Shown here: positions 14,046 to 26,543 of the stretch, in pieces | How the letters are laid out: each line of letters opens with the position of its first letter | How positions within the stretch are numbered: position 1 is the stretch's first letter | From: Pseudogymnoascus verrucosus | Taxonomy: Eukaryota | Assembly: GCA_001662655.1 (NCBI GenBank) | Contig: KV460241.1 | Strand: one strand, 5' to 3' | DNA: 64,000 bases | Made by a program: the position numbers and the translations under genes | The notes under the pieces: model-generated | What the model was told of the DNA's origin: nothing | What the model saw: only the letters and a program-made list of their open reading frames with translations | The model's database searches: none

Positions 14046-14999
14046 ATTGAAAATAGGGTCGATCTGGTTCTGGAGGACTGGGAGATTCGATGGGATTGAG
14101 GGGTGAGATGGGACGGGAGAGACTGGAGTGGTTGGGTTGGTATGGAATTTGGGCGCGTCCCAAATCATAAATCCAGAGGGTCGGGGCAATCTGCCTCGCG
14201 ACTCGCACTGCTATAGTGATGGTGGGGGGGTTGTTGATGGAACGGCAGAAGAATCAAGGATTGATTTCCGGCTGGAGGGGTGGAGGCGAAGGAAGGGAGA
14301 AGGGATTAGAGGTGGAAATGGAGGAGGATAAATAGATTGTTGGATTGAGTCGTGGATCGGAGATGTAGAGAACAAATGTCGAAATGGGTTTGCTTGCTTA
14401 GCTACGTGGATGTGGGTGCGGAGGTGGAAGAAGGCATTCTAATAAATCAGATTCACTCTTTCACGCTGGGCGGGGGATCTGGGGATCTCTTGCGGGTGGC
14501 GTTGGTGACGGTATGGCGCTTGCTAAGGTGCCGGTTTGGCGTGTGTAGGTTTGCAGGGCAGATGAAGTCGAGTTTGGAGGTTTGGGGGATGGGGAGATGG
14601 TGGAAATGGAGATGGAGATGGGGATGAATTGAAAATAGACGCGATGTTGAAGAGACTTGAGGTGAAGTCATGTATGTTGCTTGCGCCAGAAAGCTTAGTC
14701 AGCCGCCTAAGCCACATCCTTACGAATCACGTGCAACCTATGGACTCTGGTCAAACCGATATCAGTCACCTCTCACATCTACCGCTAGCAATTGTCATAT
14801 AACTTCCAGATGACAGGTTCCTGGTTGCATCATATCAGATCTTTATTACATTAAGAACGGAAAAAAGATCCTGGTAAGAGTTACTCTCGTGGGACCCTGA
14901 GAATATCAACCCCTGCCCTCCTGCATCTTTGATAAGCCGTCTCATCGACCACCACAAAGAGATCAAAGAGGATGAAAGACTCGGGACTTCGAGTCCTAA

Positions 15000-15757
15000 A
15001 TGCCCCACCTATGCAGCCGCCGAATGCAGAAAACCATTATGTCCCGTCACATTAGACTATTTGCTATACCACGCCCCGTGGTACAACAACCCCAACAACT
15101 CGTCTTGAGTTTGCCAATCCGCCAGTTTGCAACCCCATCACGCAACGGATCCGGCTCAGAATCACCCTATTCAGACGAGGAATACGCGGCTGCTCGGGAA
15201 TGGGCCTCAACATTCAAGCCGGGCTCATTACCACGAGACCTGGCACAAACACGATTTGACCGGTCATCAGGCAAGGGCGGGCAGCATGTGAACAAGTAAT
15301 ACCCCTCAAGCAATCATCTTCTAATTGAGAAACCCTAACGCCTTCCAGGACAAATTCAAAGGCCACGAGTGCGTGGCAGATCAAGTCAATAGCGCCATAT
15401 GTGCCGGCAATGGTGACCAAGGAGCTGCGTGCGTCGCGGTACTACTCTAAGAACTCTGATTGCCTCACCATTGCCTCCCAGGAAGGTCGCGTGCAGCGCG
15501 ATAATGAGGATAATTGCCATGAGAAGCTCTATGAACATATTGCGGATATCGCCAAGCGAATCATTCCGGGTGAGACGTCGGAGGCTGCGAAGGCAAAGGC
15601 AGCAAAACAGTAAGTATAGTAATCAAAAATGCAACGAACAAGTTGATAGCTGACAGTCGTTCGCAGAAAGAAAATTGGAAATGCCATCCGTTTGCAATCC
15701 AAGAAGGAGCACAGCATGAAGAAGCAATCCAGGAGCAGCAAAGGGGGAGATTATTAG
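15000..15757 (+). CDS. Mitochondrial peptidyl-tRNA hydrolase / release-factor family protein (ICT1/Pth4-like); 2 introns
   Basis: FDRSSGKGGQHVNK|TNSKAT with GGQ motif; basic C-terminal tail RLQSKKEHSMKKQSR. Confidence 0.88.
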
Positions 15758-16279
15758 GACGGCAGAGTCGTCGCGAACTGCCACATCTCGCAAATGATAA
15801 AGAGACATGCATGTCCACCGGGCCTAGGCTGTGGTAGGCTCGAAAGAAGTAATGGCCAACTGATAATTTGGATATCATAGTTGGAAGTGGGCCTTGGAGT
15901 CTGCCGTCGCGGGCAGATTTACACTGTAAGAAAGTCGGCGAATCAACGCAAGGCAGTCCGTCGATGAACGAGAATTTTAAGCAGAATCAAATGTAAATAA
16001 TAGATACAAGTATGATAATTATATAGATACCCATATCATAGTACGGAATGAAAATAATCCGATTGCTCTTTCCATAGTAATCATTCCAAGTGCTCCGCAG
16101 CATCCATGTAGTTCGAAGTATGTGTATCATTAGAATCAGGAAATGGTAGTGTCGATTGGTATTAGCAAGTAGCGGCGTTCAAGATATGTGTACCAGTAAA
16201 TGAGAGATTATGCTTCATTCACTGTCTCTAAATAAACTTCAACTAGCCATCCCCATCCCCATCCCCAAGAATGCCTAAA

Positions 16280-17470
16280 TTACAGGTTTGGCAGCCTCAT
16301 AACAGTATCCGTCACCTTGTTATCACCGCCCAACTGCCCAGCGCCCAGAATAAGCAAGTAGTCTGGGTCATCCATGACCAGCAAGCTCCTCGTATACGCA
16401 CTCTCCTGAGGCGTCTTATGCATGACCCACGCATCCTTATCACCCGCCTTGGTATTGACGAAGACCTCAGAGTGGCTCGCAGCACTCACAACAATAGTCC
16501 CATTCTTCCCCCCCGACGGGCTCCAAACAACGTACGGCGACCCCGTCGGCACGACGCCACCCGCGTTAATCACCATCTCCTCCGCCTCATCGAATTTCCT
16601 CGGGTCCGCAGCAATCTTATAGTACACGGGGAACCACCCGCTGTTAGCGGGATTATAGCCGCCGCCAAACTCATACAGCATGAGGTAATCGCCGTTGCGC
16701 AGGCGCGCGACGGTCGTCATCCCAGGGCGATTATCGTACGTAGCAGACGAGGCATCATCGACCGGCGGGCCCCAGTTCACGAGGTCCGAAGTGACCTGAT
16801 GCGACAGCTTTTGGCCATGTTCCGGGTCCCGCTGATCGGCGTAGTAGGCGATGAGCTCGTTCTTGTGGACGAGGAGGAAGGGTTCCCAGACGGGTGTCTC
16901 GCCGTTGTTGGGGATGCCGCGGCCGCCGGAGGCGACGCTGGAGACGAAGGTCCAGGTCTTGCCGGAGTCGCGGGAGGCGTAGATGTCGATCTTGGTTTTG
17001 CTGAGGTCGGTGGGGAGGGAGTTGCCGGCGCAGAGGATGGTGCCTTTTTTGAAGGTGCCGATGGCGCGGGGGAGGACGTAGAGGAAGGGCTGGTAGCGGA
17101 GGCCCCAGCCGTTTACGGTGTCTTTGACGGTGGAAAATTGGGCCCAGGTCTTGCCTTTGTCGGTGCTTTTGTAGATGGGGTAGTGGACAATTGGTGGCTC
17201 GGGAGAGTAGTTTTCCCTGGAGCGTGTTAGTTGAGGTTTTTACTAGGAAGGCATTGGGCTTTACCAAGTCGCGAGCAGAGTTCCATCCTCGAGTTGGGCG
17301 GTACGACCATAGAGAGTCTTTGGAGTGTTGTAATCCCGAGGCGGAACGAAGATTGTCTGCTGGGAGAATTCCGTAACAGCACACTTCTTAGGACCTGCTC
17401 CTGCTGGAGGTGCAGCATACGTGGAAGTGATGGACAAGGCCCACGCCAAACATGTGGCGATGCCGCGCAT
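16280..17470 (-). CDS. Secreted GH93-like exo-alpha-1,5-L-arabinanase (BNR/Asp-box propeller); intron ~17217-17264
   Basis: Signal peptide; LLATW|ENYSPEPP, STDKGKTW and SRDSGKTW Asp-boxes, GLRYQPFLY, PVWEPFL, RPGMTTVARL, GSPYVVW, AYTRSL. Confidence 0.88.
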
Positions 17471-18300
17471 TATGAGATTCTTGCTTCAAAGCTAATCCGT
17501 TGATGGGAATGAGACGATGGCAGAGAGTGCTGATCTTTCAATTTTATGGGTATGTGATGATCTTTATATACTCTTTTCCTAGCTAATTACCTTTATAATT
17601 ATCCCTGTGCAATAACAATGGAGGTCTGGGAGCTAAGAGAAATAACTAACCAACTTCATCATTACGTCCACGATAAACCGTACATAGAGAGGGGTAACTC
17701 ATAGTATCATCCCGCTATGGGGCCAATTTGATATCCATGAGGTGAATAAGTCCTCCAATATCGCGTTATAACCAACAAACAAACCGTGCCTTTGGACCTC
17801 CGAGGTCTGGTCCCGGTCGATCACGGCGTGTCCCCCCACATTCCCCAGGTATTCCCCGCCATTTTTGGTTGGCTTCGATTCTTCTTTCCACAACGTTATT
17901 CTGTGATTGGTGCATACTCCAGGAAAGTATCCCACGGTCGCGCGGTGGTGGCGGTGCAGGTGAATATATGCGGTGGTGGCGGTGCGGATGAATATATAAA
18001 GTGATATTTCGGAGGAGATTCTGCCGAATGCCCTGCCGGAGAATTAAGAACCCGGAAACATTGGCATCTATTTCGCCATTAGCAGACGTAAAGTCGGAGT
18101 CCGCTCTCTCGACCACCAGTATATAACCACCCACCATACGCTCATATCTTATGGTCATCACAGCCCTACTGCCCATGGTGTGTGCTGAATAGCCATGTGT
18201 AAATCAGCAGCTCCTTCAAACCCAATGTCACAGATACGACATGCAAAGAGTGCAGGTCTAAGCCAGTCGGTGCTTTGCTAAGCGTATCGAACGGCGCCGT

Positions 18301-18765
18301 GTTGATACAGAACACGTCAGTGAAAGGCAAAAGAAGCCTTACATAGACCTGGTCAGCTGCCTCAAAAAGATCAATGGGAGGTCATTTCTTAGTCTTGGTA
18401 GGTATCTTGTCTTTAAATCATGGCAGCCTTCACTCGCTATTGCTCTGCTTGGTTTAATGTGGTGTAAAGTTGCCACCCGCGAACAGGACCGGCCTGTCAC
18501 TGAAAGCAGTCGAAGAGTCAAGATGAAGGTGCGTCTCGCCGTACCCTAGCTTTGCTAACCGTCGTGGCTCGGATTTAGTGGAGGCTAGCTCCTGCAAAGC
18601 TAATGTCTTCTCATCCGTTCCAAGGAGAACAATAAGACTCGGTTGTTGCGAGTCGCCGAAAGGCAGGTCGGAGAGCAAGTTTTGAGGGCGATCGGAAGTA
18701 GTAAGCGAAACCTCACTGTCTCGTACACTGGGGCTAAACCAGTAGCTGTGATGACAGGATTTCAT
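18301..18765 (-). pseudogene. Frameshifted, truncated remnant resembling the N-terminus of large fungal patatin-like phospholipase proteins
   Basis: MKSCHHSYW...DRPQNLL...QQPSLIVLLG...HLHLDSSTAFSDRPVLFAGG, then in shifted frames GCHDLKTR and ADQVYVRLLLPFTDVFCI. The family is recognised from memory; no patatin catalytic domain is present. Confidence 0.55.
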
Positions 18766-19121
18766 TATAATAGCAGGCCAGCTGCAGTGAACGGTTTGAA
18801 TGGAGTGACTCGGGACGGAATGTCATTATACGTATAGCCACGAGGCTAGTCGAAGGGTCGAAATGACTCAATGATCTAGCTAGATTTATCCTGCCTCTTA
18901 GCCTGTAGCCTGAAGGGTTTCATTAAACTAAAAACAGGGCTATATCTAGCTTACGGAAAACACAGGCGGATATAGAGGTAAAAGTAGCTATCATAACGCA
19001 ATTCTATCGACTTCCACCTAAGCTCTCCTTCATACAATCCTTCTTCCTCACGAAATCCTGACTTTTCAATTATTATACTCTCCTTTTGCTTTGTTAAAGA
19101 TACTATCGCTTCAATCTGTTA

Positions 19122-19275
19122 CAGTAGAAGGCGAATTGGGTGTCGCGGGATTTTTAGTTAACTTTATTTGTGAGACTGCGGGGTAGGCCTGTGGCTTGTT
19201 GTGGCTTGCAGATACGTGTACTCTGGAGGTACCGAGAGAGGTACGTACCGAGGGAGGTAGAATTGGCGGCTCACC
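19122..19275 (+). repeat. Left terminal inverted repeat
   Basis: Reverse complement of 26544-26671; extra 26 bp at 19216-19241; preceded by TA at 19120-19121. Confidence 0.95.
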
Positions 19276-19477
19276 CAAAAGACTAGCAAAGCTGGCTTTC
19301 CTTACTCCCCCCATCCCAACCTTCGTCCAAAACCCACCAGAGTCAGCGCTCTTGTGTCAGCGCTTTGTGCAAAATACTTGATTGATTAATAGATTGATCA
19401 ACTCTTTATCAAGTACAGGAAGTTAGAGGGATGTTTGAAGCGATAAATTTACAAAAACCACTAAACCCAGACTCATT

Positions 19478-20636
19478 CTACGCCATATTCATTTGACTTT
19501 CATAGTTGCTTCCAAATATCATGTCATCCATTTGATCGGACATGTCATGATTCAGCATTCTTAGTCTAATCGCCCCGTCCGCAAACTTTGACCTGTCTTG
19601 CATTTGCACAGTTTCGAGAACATCGCCATGTACCGAGAGCTCCTTCTCAGCCACAGGCGATGATTGTGGCATGTTTTGCAGGTGTTGTTGTCTCACGTAA
19701 TACGCTGCGAGGTCAATTGCATGGCCTGGCCCCAAAGAACCGCCTCCACCAGATCCTACGGAAAATTGCGAACCCTTGAGGAATATGGGCGATTCGATTT
19801 GGAAGTCGGTATAAATAGGAGAAGGCATCGAACCGGTTGTGTCCAAAAACGGGCTACTTCGATAAGATGCTTCCTCGCAAAATAATAGCTCTTCAGCATT
19901 TGCAACCTGCCGTTTCTGGGTGCAGTCCTTCGAGAGGATTGAGTGATCGCTCTCACTGTTCTTGCTCGATCTGTGCGCCCCAGCGCTGGAGAACTCAATT
20001 CGGCACAGTATTCTGCTTTTTCTGTGAATTCATATGGCAGATGTCGTGAAGGCGGAATGCAATCAAGCTTTGAAACTATATCATGAATTACAGGTTGCCC
20101 TCTGTCGTTCAATTGTGGTTCCCCAAATTCCCATGATTCGTTGTCGCGGATCATAGTATAAAGCTTTTGGACAGAAGCAATTAGGGCGCATTGGGTGTTT
20201 TCTAGAACTTCAGCATATCTAGTGAATGTGCATTAATACAGATGTATAGCTCAAACAGACTAAGGTAGTGCTCATCCAGGAGGTAATTGCTTAAAGCCGT
20301 TATTTTTCCTGCTCCCAGCTATGCACACCAGCCCATCATCTTTACACCGTTTACAAGGTATTTACAAGGAAACTCTCCATCACACTTCTAAAAGTTTCAG
20401 TGACCGGTAGGAGTAAACTGATAACATCTAGTGTATACCTTCGTCTTCTTCATCCTACACCTTCCGCATGCTTTCCATACTCACTTTTGTCTTTTATTCG
20501 TTGCAACAGCATTATGTTTAAGTAATGAAGCAGTACTCTTCGCAGATAGACTCCGAGGTTTTGAAGTCTTGGGAAGTTTTCTTGATACATGCGAGCTGTG
20601 ACCGTTCTCAATCACAGGCGTAGAAAAGTCGGACAT
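19478..20636 (-). pseudogene. Zn(II)2Cys6 transcription factor pseudogene (cargo)
   Basis: RQK*VWKACGRCRMKKTK|CDGEFPC.RCKDDGLVC...|YAEVLENTQCALIASVQKLYTMIRDNESWEFGEPQLNDRGQPVIHDI. Lesions: TGA at 20481-20483, an 11-bp duplication-insertion at 20350-20369, a splice donor reading ATGAGC instead of GTGAGC, and a further 3' frameshift. Confidence 0.85.
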
Positions 20637-21192
20637 GGTATGAATAGTAATAGGCTATCAGAAAATCGTGTTGGAGGAGAGTAGAGAGGCTGAAGTACCA
20701 TTTATCAGAGCCGAGTTCAACGGGAATACAGCGCTCACCTACTCGAAGTGTGCGGCAGTTATATGTCATCATCAGGATAGTTTACTGTTCGATAGTTCGA
20801 GCCTCCCAAAAGAGGACTGGAATGTTGTCCAATGACGAACTTATTACGTCATTGTAACAAAGTTTACTCATCTGCTTAGAGAAAGTCTATGCTGCGTTAA
20901 GATGTAAGCCGGGTATTTCAACAAGCTCGGGATCGTCTCGCACGAGAGGTGTGGATCTTATCGCTAGGCACCGCGCGACTTGGGCATCCCGTGGTAGCGT
21001 GTGTTAGGAAGATATAGGTTACCAAGCTTCGATTCGGTATGAACACCTAGAACATCGAATATGGGAAATGAGGCTAGATGTCAAGGTTAGCAGAGGCAAG
21101 CTGTGTAGAATAGTTCTATACATAACAGTCCCGAACGTACCGTCGTTGCATGTTCCCCTTTCCAATCCTTTGCACTAGAACTGAGCTAAATT

Positions 21193-22678
21193 ATGTTTCC
21201 CAGCAGCGAAAATAATATCCGACCAGATATTTTTTTTGAGGTTCAGTCTCCTGGGCGCTGTAATATTGCCACATCCTTAGATCACTCATTGCCTGCCCCT
21301 CCTATTTTTACTGGACGCCAACTGAGAGGAACTCTAATCGTCTCTCATGGCGAGAGCCAAGAGCATGATTTCGATTATGTGCAGCTTACCCTTCAAGGTA
21401 TGGAGCGTGGATTTTGCCTGTATTGACACTGAAAAGACTAATGATAGTTTAGGAGAAGTGCATGTTAGGCTCGCAAGCCGTGTTCACTGCGAAGCTAAGA
21501 AGCCTGTGGGTATCTTTCGTTTCTGCTGATTAACCACGGCAAAGTCACTGACTAAATGAACCGAAGGTTATTTTCATGTCATGCGTCAAATTGGCAAATG
21601 AATTCCAACGGGTCAATCTTGGAAATCCTCATATTGTGACATATCAAACTGGGTTTTTCTTCGATGTTCCAGACTCTACAATATTGCCATTAGAATATGG
21701 AAACGACATCCCGCAAAGATTGCCACCTTCGATGTGCGTTGTCAAATCTGATTTCATATCTGCAGCCACTACAGAAAGTTATAATGGCGGCTCACTCGCT
21801 GGCACCTGCGATGTTTCGTACAGAATCGTGGCTCGCGTCTTCGCAGGCGGACGATTAAAATGCAACACGAGTCGAGAGATAGTATTAATTCCGGTCGAAG
21901 ATATACCGCCCCCACTAGACCCCGAAGATTTCGGGAAGGAATATCGACTTGTCGCAGCAACATCCTTGAGACAGTCATGGAGGTCAAGAAAAAGCGTGAC
22001 AATAGTTGTATCGTCTATGGAGCCTCGGCCTCTCATATTTCCTAAGTGCGAAGGTGGGTGCGAGAGTACCGACGTTCTGCTCCAGCTCAAAACTGAGGGA
22101 TTGTTGGACGGAAGTAGTGAGAGAGCCTTCATAGAGACCCAACTGACTGACTGCGAGGTTCGGATGTATCTCCAAGCGGTAACATATTTTTCAAAATACG
22201 AGCAAGTTGCAGCCATGTCAATAATAGAGGCGCAGCAGTCTCCATTTGTTATGTTAAAGAAGACAAGGTATCCACCAAACACGAAAAAGTTGCGCCTCGA
22301 CAGGTGGCGAAAAGGACGTGAGATAGCATGTAAGCCTGCTTTTGCCCACAACAATTTTTCAAAGACCGCGTGTATAGCTCAAAACTTACATCTGACTAAC
22401 TTAATGCAGCTGGGCTGTTCGAATGGGAAACAACGGTTTCAGTGAGTGCCATGCTTCCTTGGAGCTTCTCTCATCTCCCTTCATTCTTCACTGCCTTAGC
22501 AGCGAGAAGATATGCGTTTGATGTACAGATAACGTTTGGACATTGGCCTAGCATCAATGCGTTTCATAAGCCGATAAAACTTCGGATTCCACTGCAGATA
22601 GTCCATTTTGCAGTTGGGAAGCTCCCGGGTCGCTCTCAGGAAGAAGATGATCTGGAAGCTCCAGTATATGTATCATAA
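21193..22678 (+). CDS. Arrestin-like fold hypothetical protein (cargo); 3 introns; appears intact
   Basis: PPIFTGRQLRGTLIV...VQLTLQG|EV, FFFDVPD...LPPSM...CDVSYRIVARV, PSFFTALAARRY...LRIPLQIVH, C-terminal APVYVS. Exons join in frame with GT/AG boundaries. Confidence 0.6.
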
Positions 22679-22852
22679 CAAGGAATTGGATTTTTGATAG
22701 TAAATAAAATGCAGATTGCAGTGAAACCTAAATTAGACTCGCGCTCATATAAGCACAATAAAGACACAGGAATTTGAGTTGTGTATCAAATTGCTAACTA
22801 GCTACATATCATATAGAGGAGTAATTCCTATTGCAGTTACGCAAAAGGATAC

Positions 22853-24595
22853 TTATTTGTAAAGATCTCGGTGCTCAGCCTTGATCAAGTCGGCAGCCTT
22901 CTCGCCGATCATGTAGACTGAGTTCTGGATGCGACAGTCGGGGATGACAGGGATGATCGAAGCATCCGCAACACGAAGGTTCTTGATTCCGTGAACCTTA
23001 AGCTTAGGGTCAACAGCCCCTTGCTTGATGTCTTTGGAGAGACGGACAGTACCGCAAGGATGGAAAGCAGTCTGGCAGCGATCAAGCACAGCTCTATGCA
23101 TCTCCTCATCTGACTGTAGAGGCATTTGCCAGGGGTACTCGTCTTCAACGAGGTCCTTGAACCCATCTCCCTTGGTGAGGACATCGTAAGTGAACCTGAT
23201 GCCCTCACGCATGGCGATGATGTCAAGATCATTTGCGAAGAAGTTCAGGTTGATGTTGGGCTGCTCGAAGGGGTCGGCACTGTTGAGCTTCACCTCTCCG
23301 GGGTCGGAGATAGGGCGGACAAGGTCGACGACTACAGTGACGTGGTCGCCCTTAGGTGGAGTGGGATAGTGCCACTGGAATGCGCTGCCGAACATGCAGA
23401 CGAAGTCGAGCTCGAAGTGAGGCTGACCCTGCGGTGAGAAGGGATCAACTCCGCCATTAGCGGCCTTGGCCTTCTTGTAGGCGGCGTCCTTGTTAAGATA
23501 CTTGTCGATACGGGGAAAGCCCACAAGCTCTAGGAGACCGGAGCCAACAGGACCAGAGTGATCTTTCTTGTACTGGGAAACAACCTTGTCATTCTTAGGA
23601 CCCTTACGCAAGAGGATGTCGTCCATGCCAAAGCCATCCTTGACCCGCAAGACAAATGGGACACCAGGATGGTCAAGCAAGTGCTGGCCAATGTGTTCAG
23701 AGTCGACAATAGCGTCAATGCCGTGACGAGCCAACTCACGCTTAGGGCCAATACCACTGAGCATGAGCAGCTTAGGGCTCTCAAAGACACCCTGGGAGAG
23801 GATGACTTCGCGGGAGGCGTAGAAGTCGAGCTCCTTTCCGGAGCTGGAAATAATGGTCACGCCTTTGCAGGTGCGGTCGGCTTCATCAATGATGAGGCGC
23901 TTAGAATGATGCTCGGCTAGAACAGTTATATTGGGCTTGTTCTTCAAGAAAAGGTAGCTGCCAGAGCGGACTCCCTTGTAGATGGTGTCGGCACAGTGGG
24001 TGAGGCCGTTAATCTCGCCATCGTAGATGTTTGAAGTCTGGGGCTCGCCTGTAGACTTCCAGGCCTTCGTGACAGCTTCTCGAAATGGTGCCATATCGTC
24101 GATGAGCTCGGCGTGGGAAATGTGGATAGGACCACCGCCACCAATCTTCTTCAATTCGGGATTGTAAAGTTTAGCGTCATCATGATAGGAGGCGCTCTTG
24201 CGGAGGTATGGAACGAGGGGGTCCCACGTCCATTCCTTTCCACCGTACTCCTCCCATAAATCAAAGGTTGGCTTGCAGCCTGGGACCCAGGTGAAGTAGT
24301 TCAGGGAGGAACTGCCACCCAGTGCTTTGCCACGGGTGTTAGGCTTATCAATGCGCTCATAATCGTCACGCTTGACAAACGTGGTCTTGTAGGCCCAGTC
24401 ATGCTAGCTATTGCGGAGATCCATTGCGTTAGAAGGAATGGTAATCAAATCAACCTCTTCTGGATTCCCGACACCAGCCTCAACGACTAGGACGGTGACA
24501 TTAGGGTTCTCAGCAAGACGGCCGGCCACAGTGTTACCTGCAGTGCCGCCGCCAACGACAATAAAGTCAAAATGAGCTCCGTTGGTAGCTGCCAT
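22853..24595 (-). pseudogene. GMC oxidoreductase (AA3 family), intronless, interrupted by a single in-frame TAG at 24404-24406 (cargo)
   Basis: FDFIVVGGGTAG FAD motif, RG.ALGGSSSLN, SPKLLMLSGIG, AFHPCGT, VDPKLKVHGIKNLRVADASIIP, VYMIGEKAAD. The frame is continuous across DLRNS*HDWAYKT. Confidence 0.9.
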
Positions 24596-25278
24596 CGTGA
24601 TCAATCCTATAATTCCAACTTTCGGCAATATACGATGAGCAATGGTGGTGCGAAGGCTGGCGGCGGATGTATGTTCTCTTATACGTCCATACTTTTACTA
24701 TTTTGGAAGCTCGGCACATAATACGTATAGGTGACGATAGAATTAACTGACGCGGACCTACTTGACGACATCAAATCTCACGCTCTCTTTGAGAGAGTTA
24801 GATAATACTTTCACATCGAGAGTATAGCACTATGCTCTTCCCGCGTAGGTATTTACGATTGCATAGTATTAATGTAATCGTAGCTACCGAAATAATGGCA
24901 TAGCTCATTAGCCGACCGAGTTTTAGAAAGTATAACTTTGCAACTTAACTTATCTACGTCAGAGACGATAAGTTAGTCCTACCTAACAACGTCTCGGGCG
25001 AGAACGCAAAGTGCCGCCAAATATCAAACGAATAACGATGCTAAACACGCCATATGACATAATTCATATCCCCTACTATCACTGACATCGTTGCTGATTG
25101 ATCGGCTAGCTTGGCTCTACGCGCGATAGAATTCGTACGAATGGAAATGTCTAACGACTCGAACATAAAGCGACATATTCTCAGGCCGGTCCGAATATCT
25201 ACTCCGAAGCCCTCCAGCTCCTATAAATTTATTTTGGTTACTAAGAAATCATCAAAAAAATATCACACGTAAAGCAAA

Positions 25279-25614
25279 ATGTCAGACAAAATACCAATTT
25301 ACACGCTCGCTGAAGGTTAGGAGTCGTAGAAGTTGGATGGGCTCAAGCCAAGGAGGCATATCTAACATACCCAGGATGCCCTATTGCATCGTCGAGCACT
25401 GCGCAGACTTTTCGCTCTAGAAGCACGCCTGCCTCCTCCACTAAATCTCTCGCCCTCTTACAAGACACTCAGCTCATCGAGACCCTCGCTCATTTTTCCC
25501 GTGAGAGGATTCCAGAGCGTGTTGTTCACGCCCGCGCCGTTGGGGCCTGGGGCGAATTCGAGGTCACCAAGGATATTTCAACCCTCACCAGCGCCAAGTT
25601 CTTGAATGGAGTTG
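25279..25614 (+). pseudogene. Catalase 5' fragment (~90 codons, intron 25316-25374), truncated (cargo)
   Basis: [19 protein letters not shown]...[53 protein letters not shown] includes the catalase active-site His signature; similarity stops abruptly. Confidence 0.9.
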
Positions 25615-25933
25615 TCTTACCAGTTATATACGATCACATTATTACTACGTCTCGGCTTGTTAGTTCACGAACCCATAGGTCAATAAGGTAGTGAGTGGGG
25701 TTAATTGGACTAATTTAGTCTTATTTGCTGCACAAACTAAATACAGTTCATTCACCAAGACAGAGACAATAGCATCGAACTCGGGAGGCACAGTGTGATT
25801 CGCAAAATTCTCAGATAATAAGCATTCTCGCCTAAGTTGGCACATGAAGTTGCTGTTCCACATATGATGTTCTCATCCCCGTAAGGTTCGGCAATAGTAG
25901 AGTTACTCTCCAAAATACCCGGCATATAATTAT

Positions 25934-26244
25934 CTACATCAAACCTCCATACTCATCACCTTCTTTTTCCATTTTCTTATCCTCCTTGAGGTAGTCTTTG
26001 AACTCCTGTTTGTCCTTATTGATGTCACCTTCTAGCTTGCCGATCTCATTCTCATTCTTCTGTAGCTCCTTGGCATCGGCTGGATGACTCTCGTTTCCCT
26101 GCTGCCTGTTCTCCTGAGGGTGTTTATGATGGAAAAGCTTGTGGATAATCCCCTCTTTGCGTGTTGTGTGCGGTGCTAGTGACAACAAGTTAACACCATA
26201 TACTAATGGGTCCCGAACCGTGATAGAGACCAACTTTCTGCCAT
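25934..26244 (-). CDS. Small hydrophilic charged protein of unknown function (cargo); one intron
   Basis: MAE|TPHTTRKEGIIHKLFHHKHPQ...DYLKEDKKMEKEGDEYGGLM; intron GTTGGT...CACTAG. Confidence 0.65.
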
Positions 26245-26543
26245 AATGAGTTTGTAACCCTTTAAAGTAATGTCCGTGTCTAGACAACTAGGGCAAAATA
26301 TGACTTAATACTTTGACTGTTGAACTGACTCCTGACAGACAATAGAACGGAGCGGCTCACGTCTTATAGAACGGTAAAAAGGCGGGGAAGGAGAATATCC
26401 CTTACGTCATGCCAGTCTCTGCTACACACGTGAAGTGTTTACTTGTCGAGATCAAGGTTAGTGGGCGAGTACTCGCTTCACTACTTTCTCGTGCGAGAGA
26501 ACGGGCTCTGGAAACGGTTGGGAGGTCTAGAGGCCAGTTATGA

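Noticed and set aside
16271..17230. Long 319-aa ORF on the + strand, and similar antisense ORFs at 4377-5072, 9991-10686, 32605-33402, 39981-40733 and 61387-62283
   Set aside because: These are shadow ORFs opposite well-supported genes, explained by GC-rich codon bias; they carry no recognisable motifs.
20785..20810. GTTCGA T-loop-like word suggesting a tRNA
   Set aside because: No cloverleaf stems or A-box could be built around it; no tRNA or rRNA gene was recognised anywhere in the window.
24404..24406. Programmed readthrough or recoding of the GMC TAG
   Set aside because: Neighbouring cargo genes are clearly decaying, so a simple nonsense mutation or base-call error is more parsimonious.
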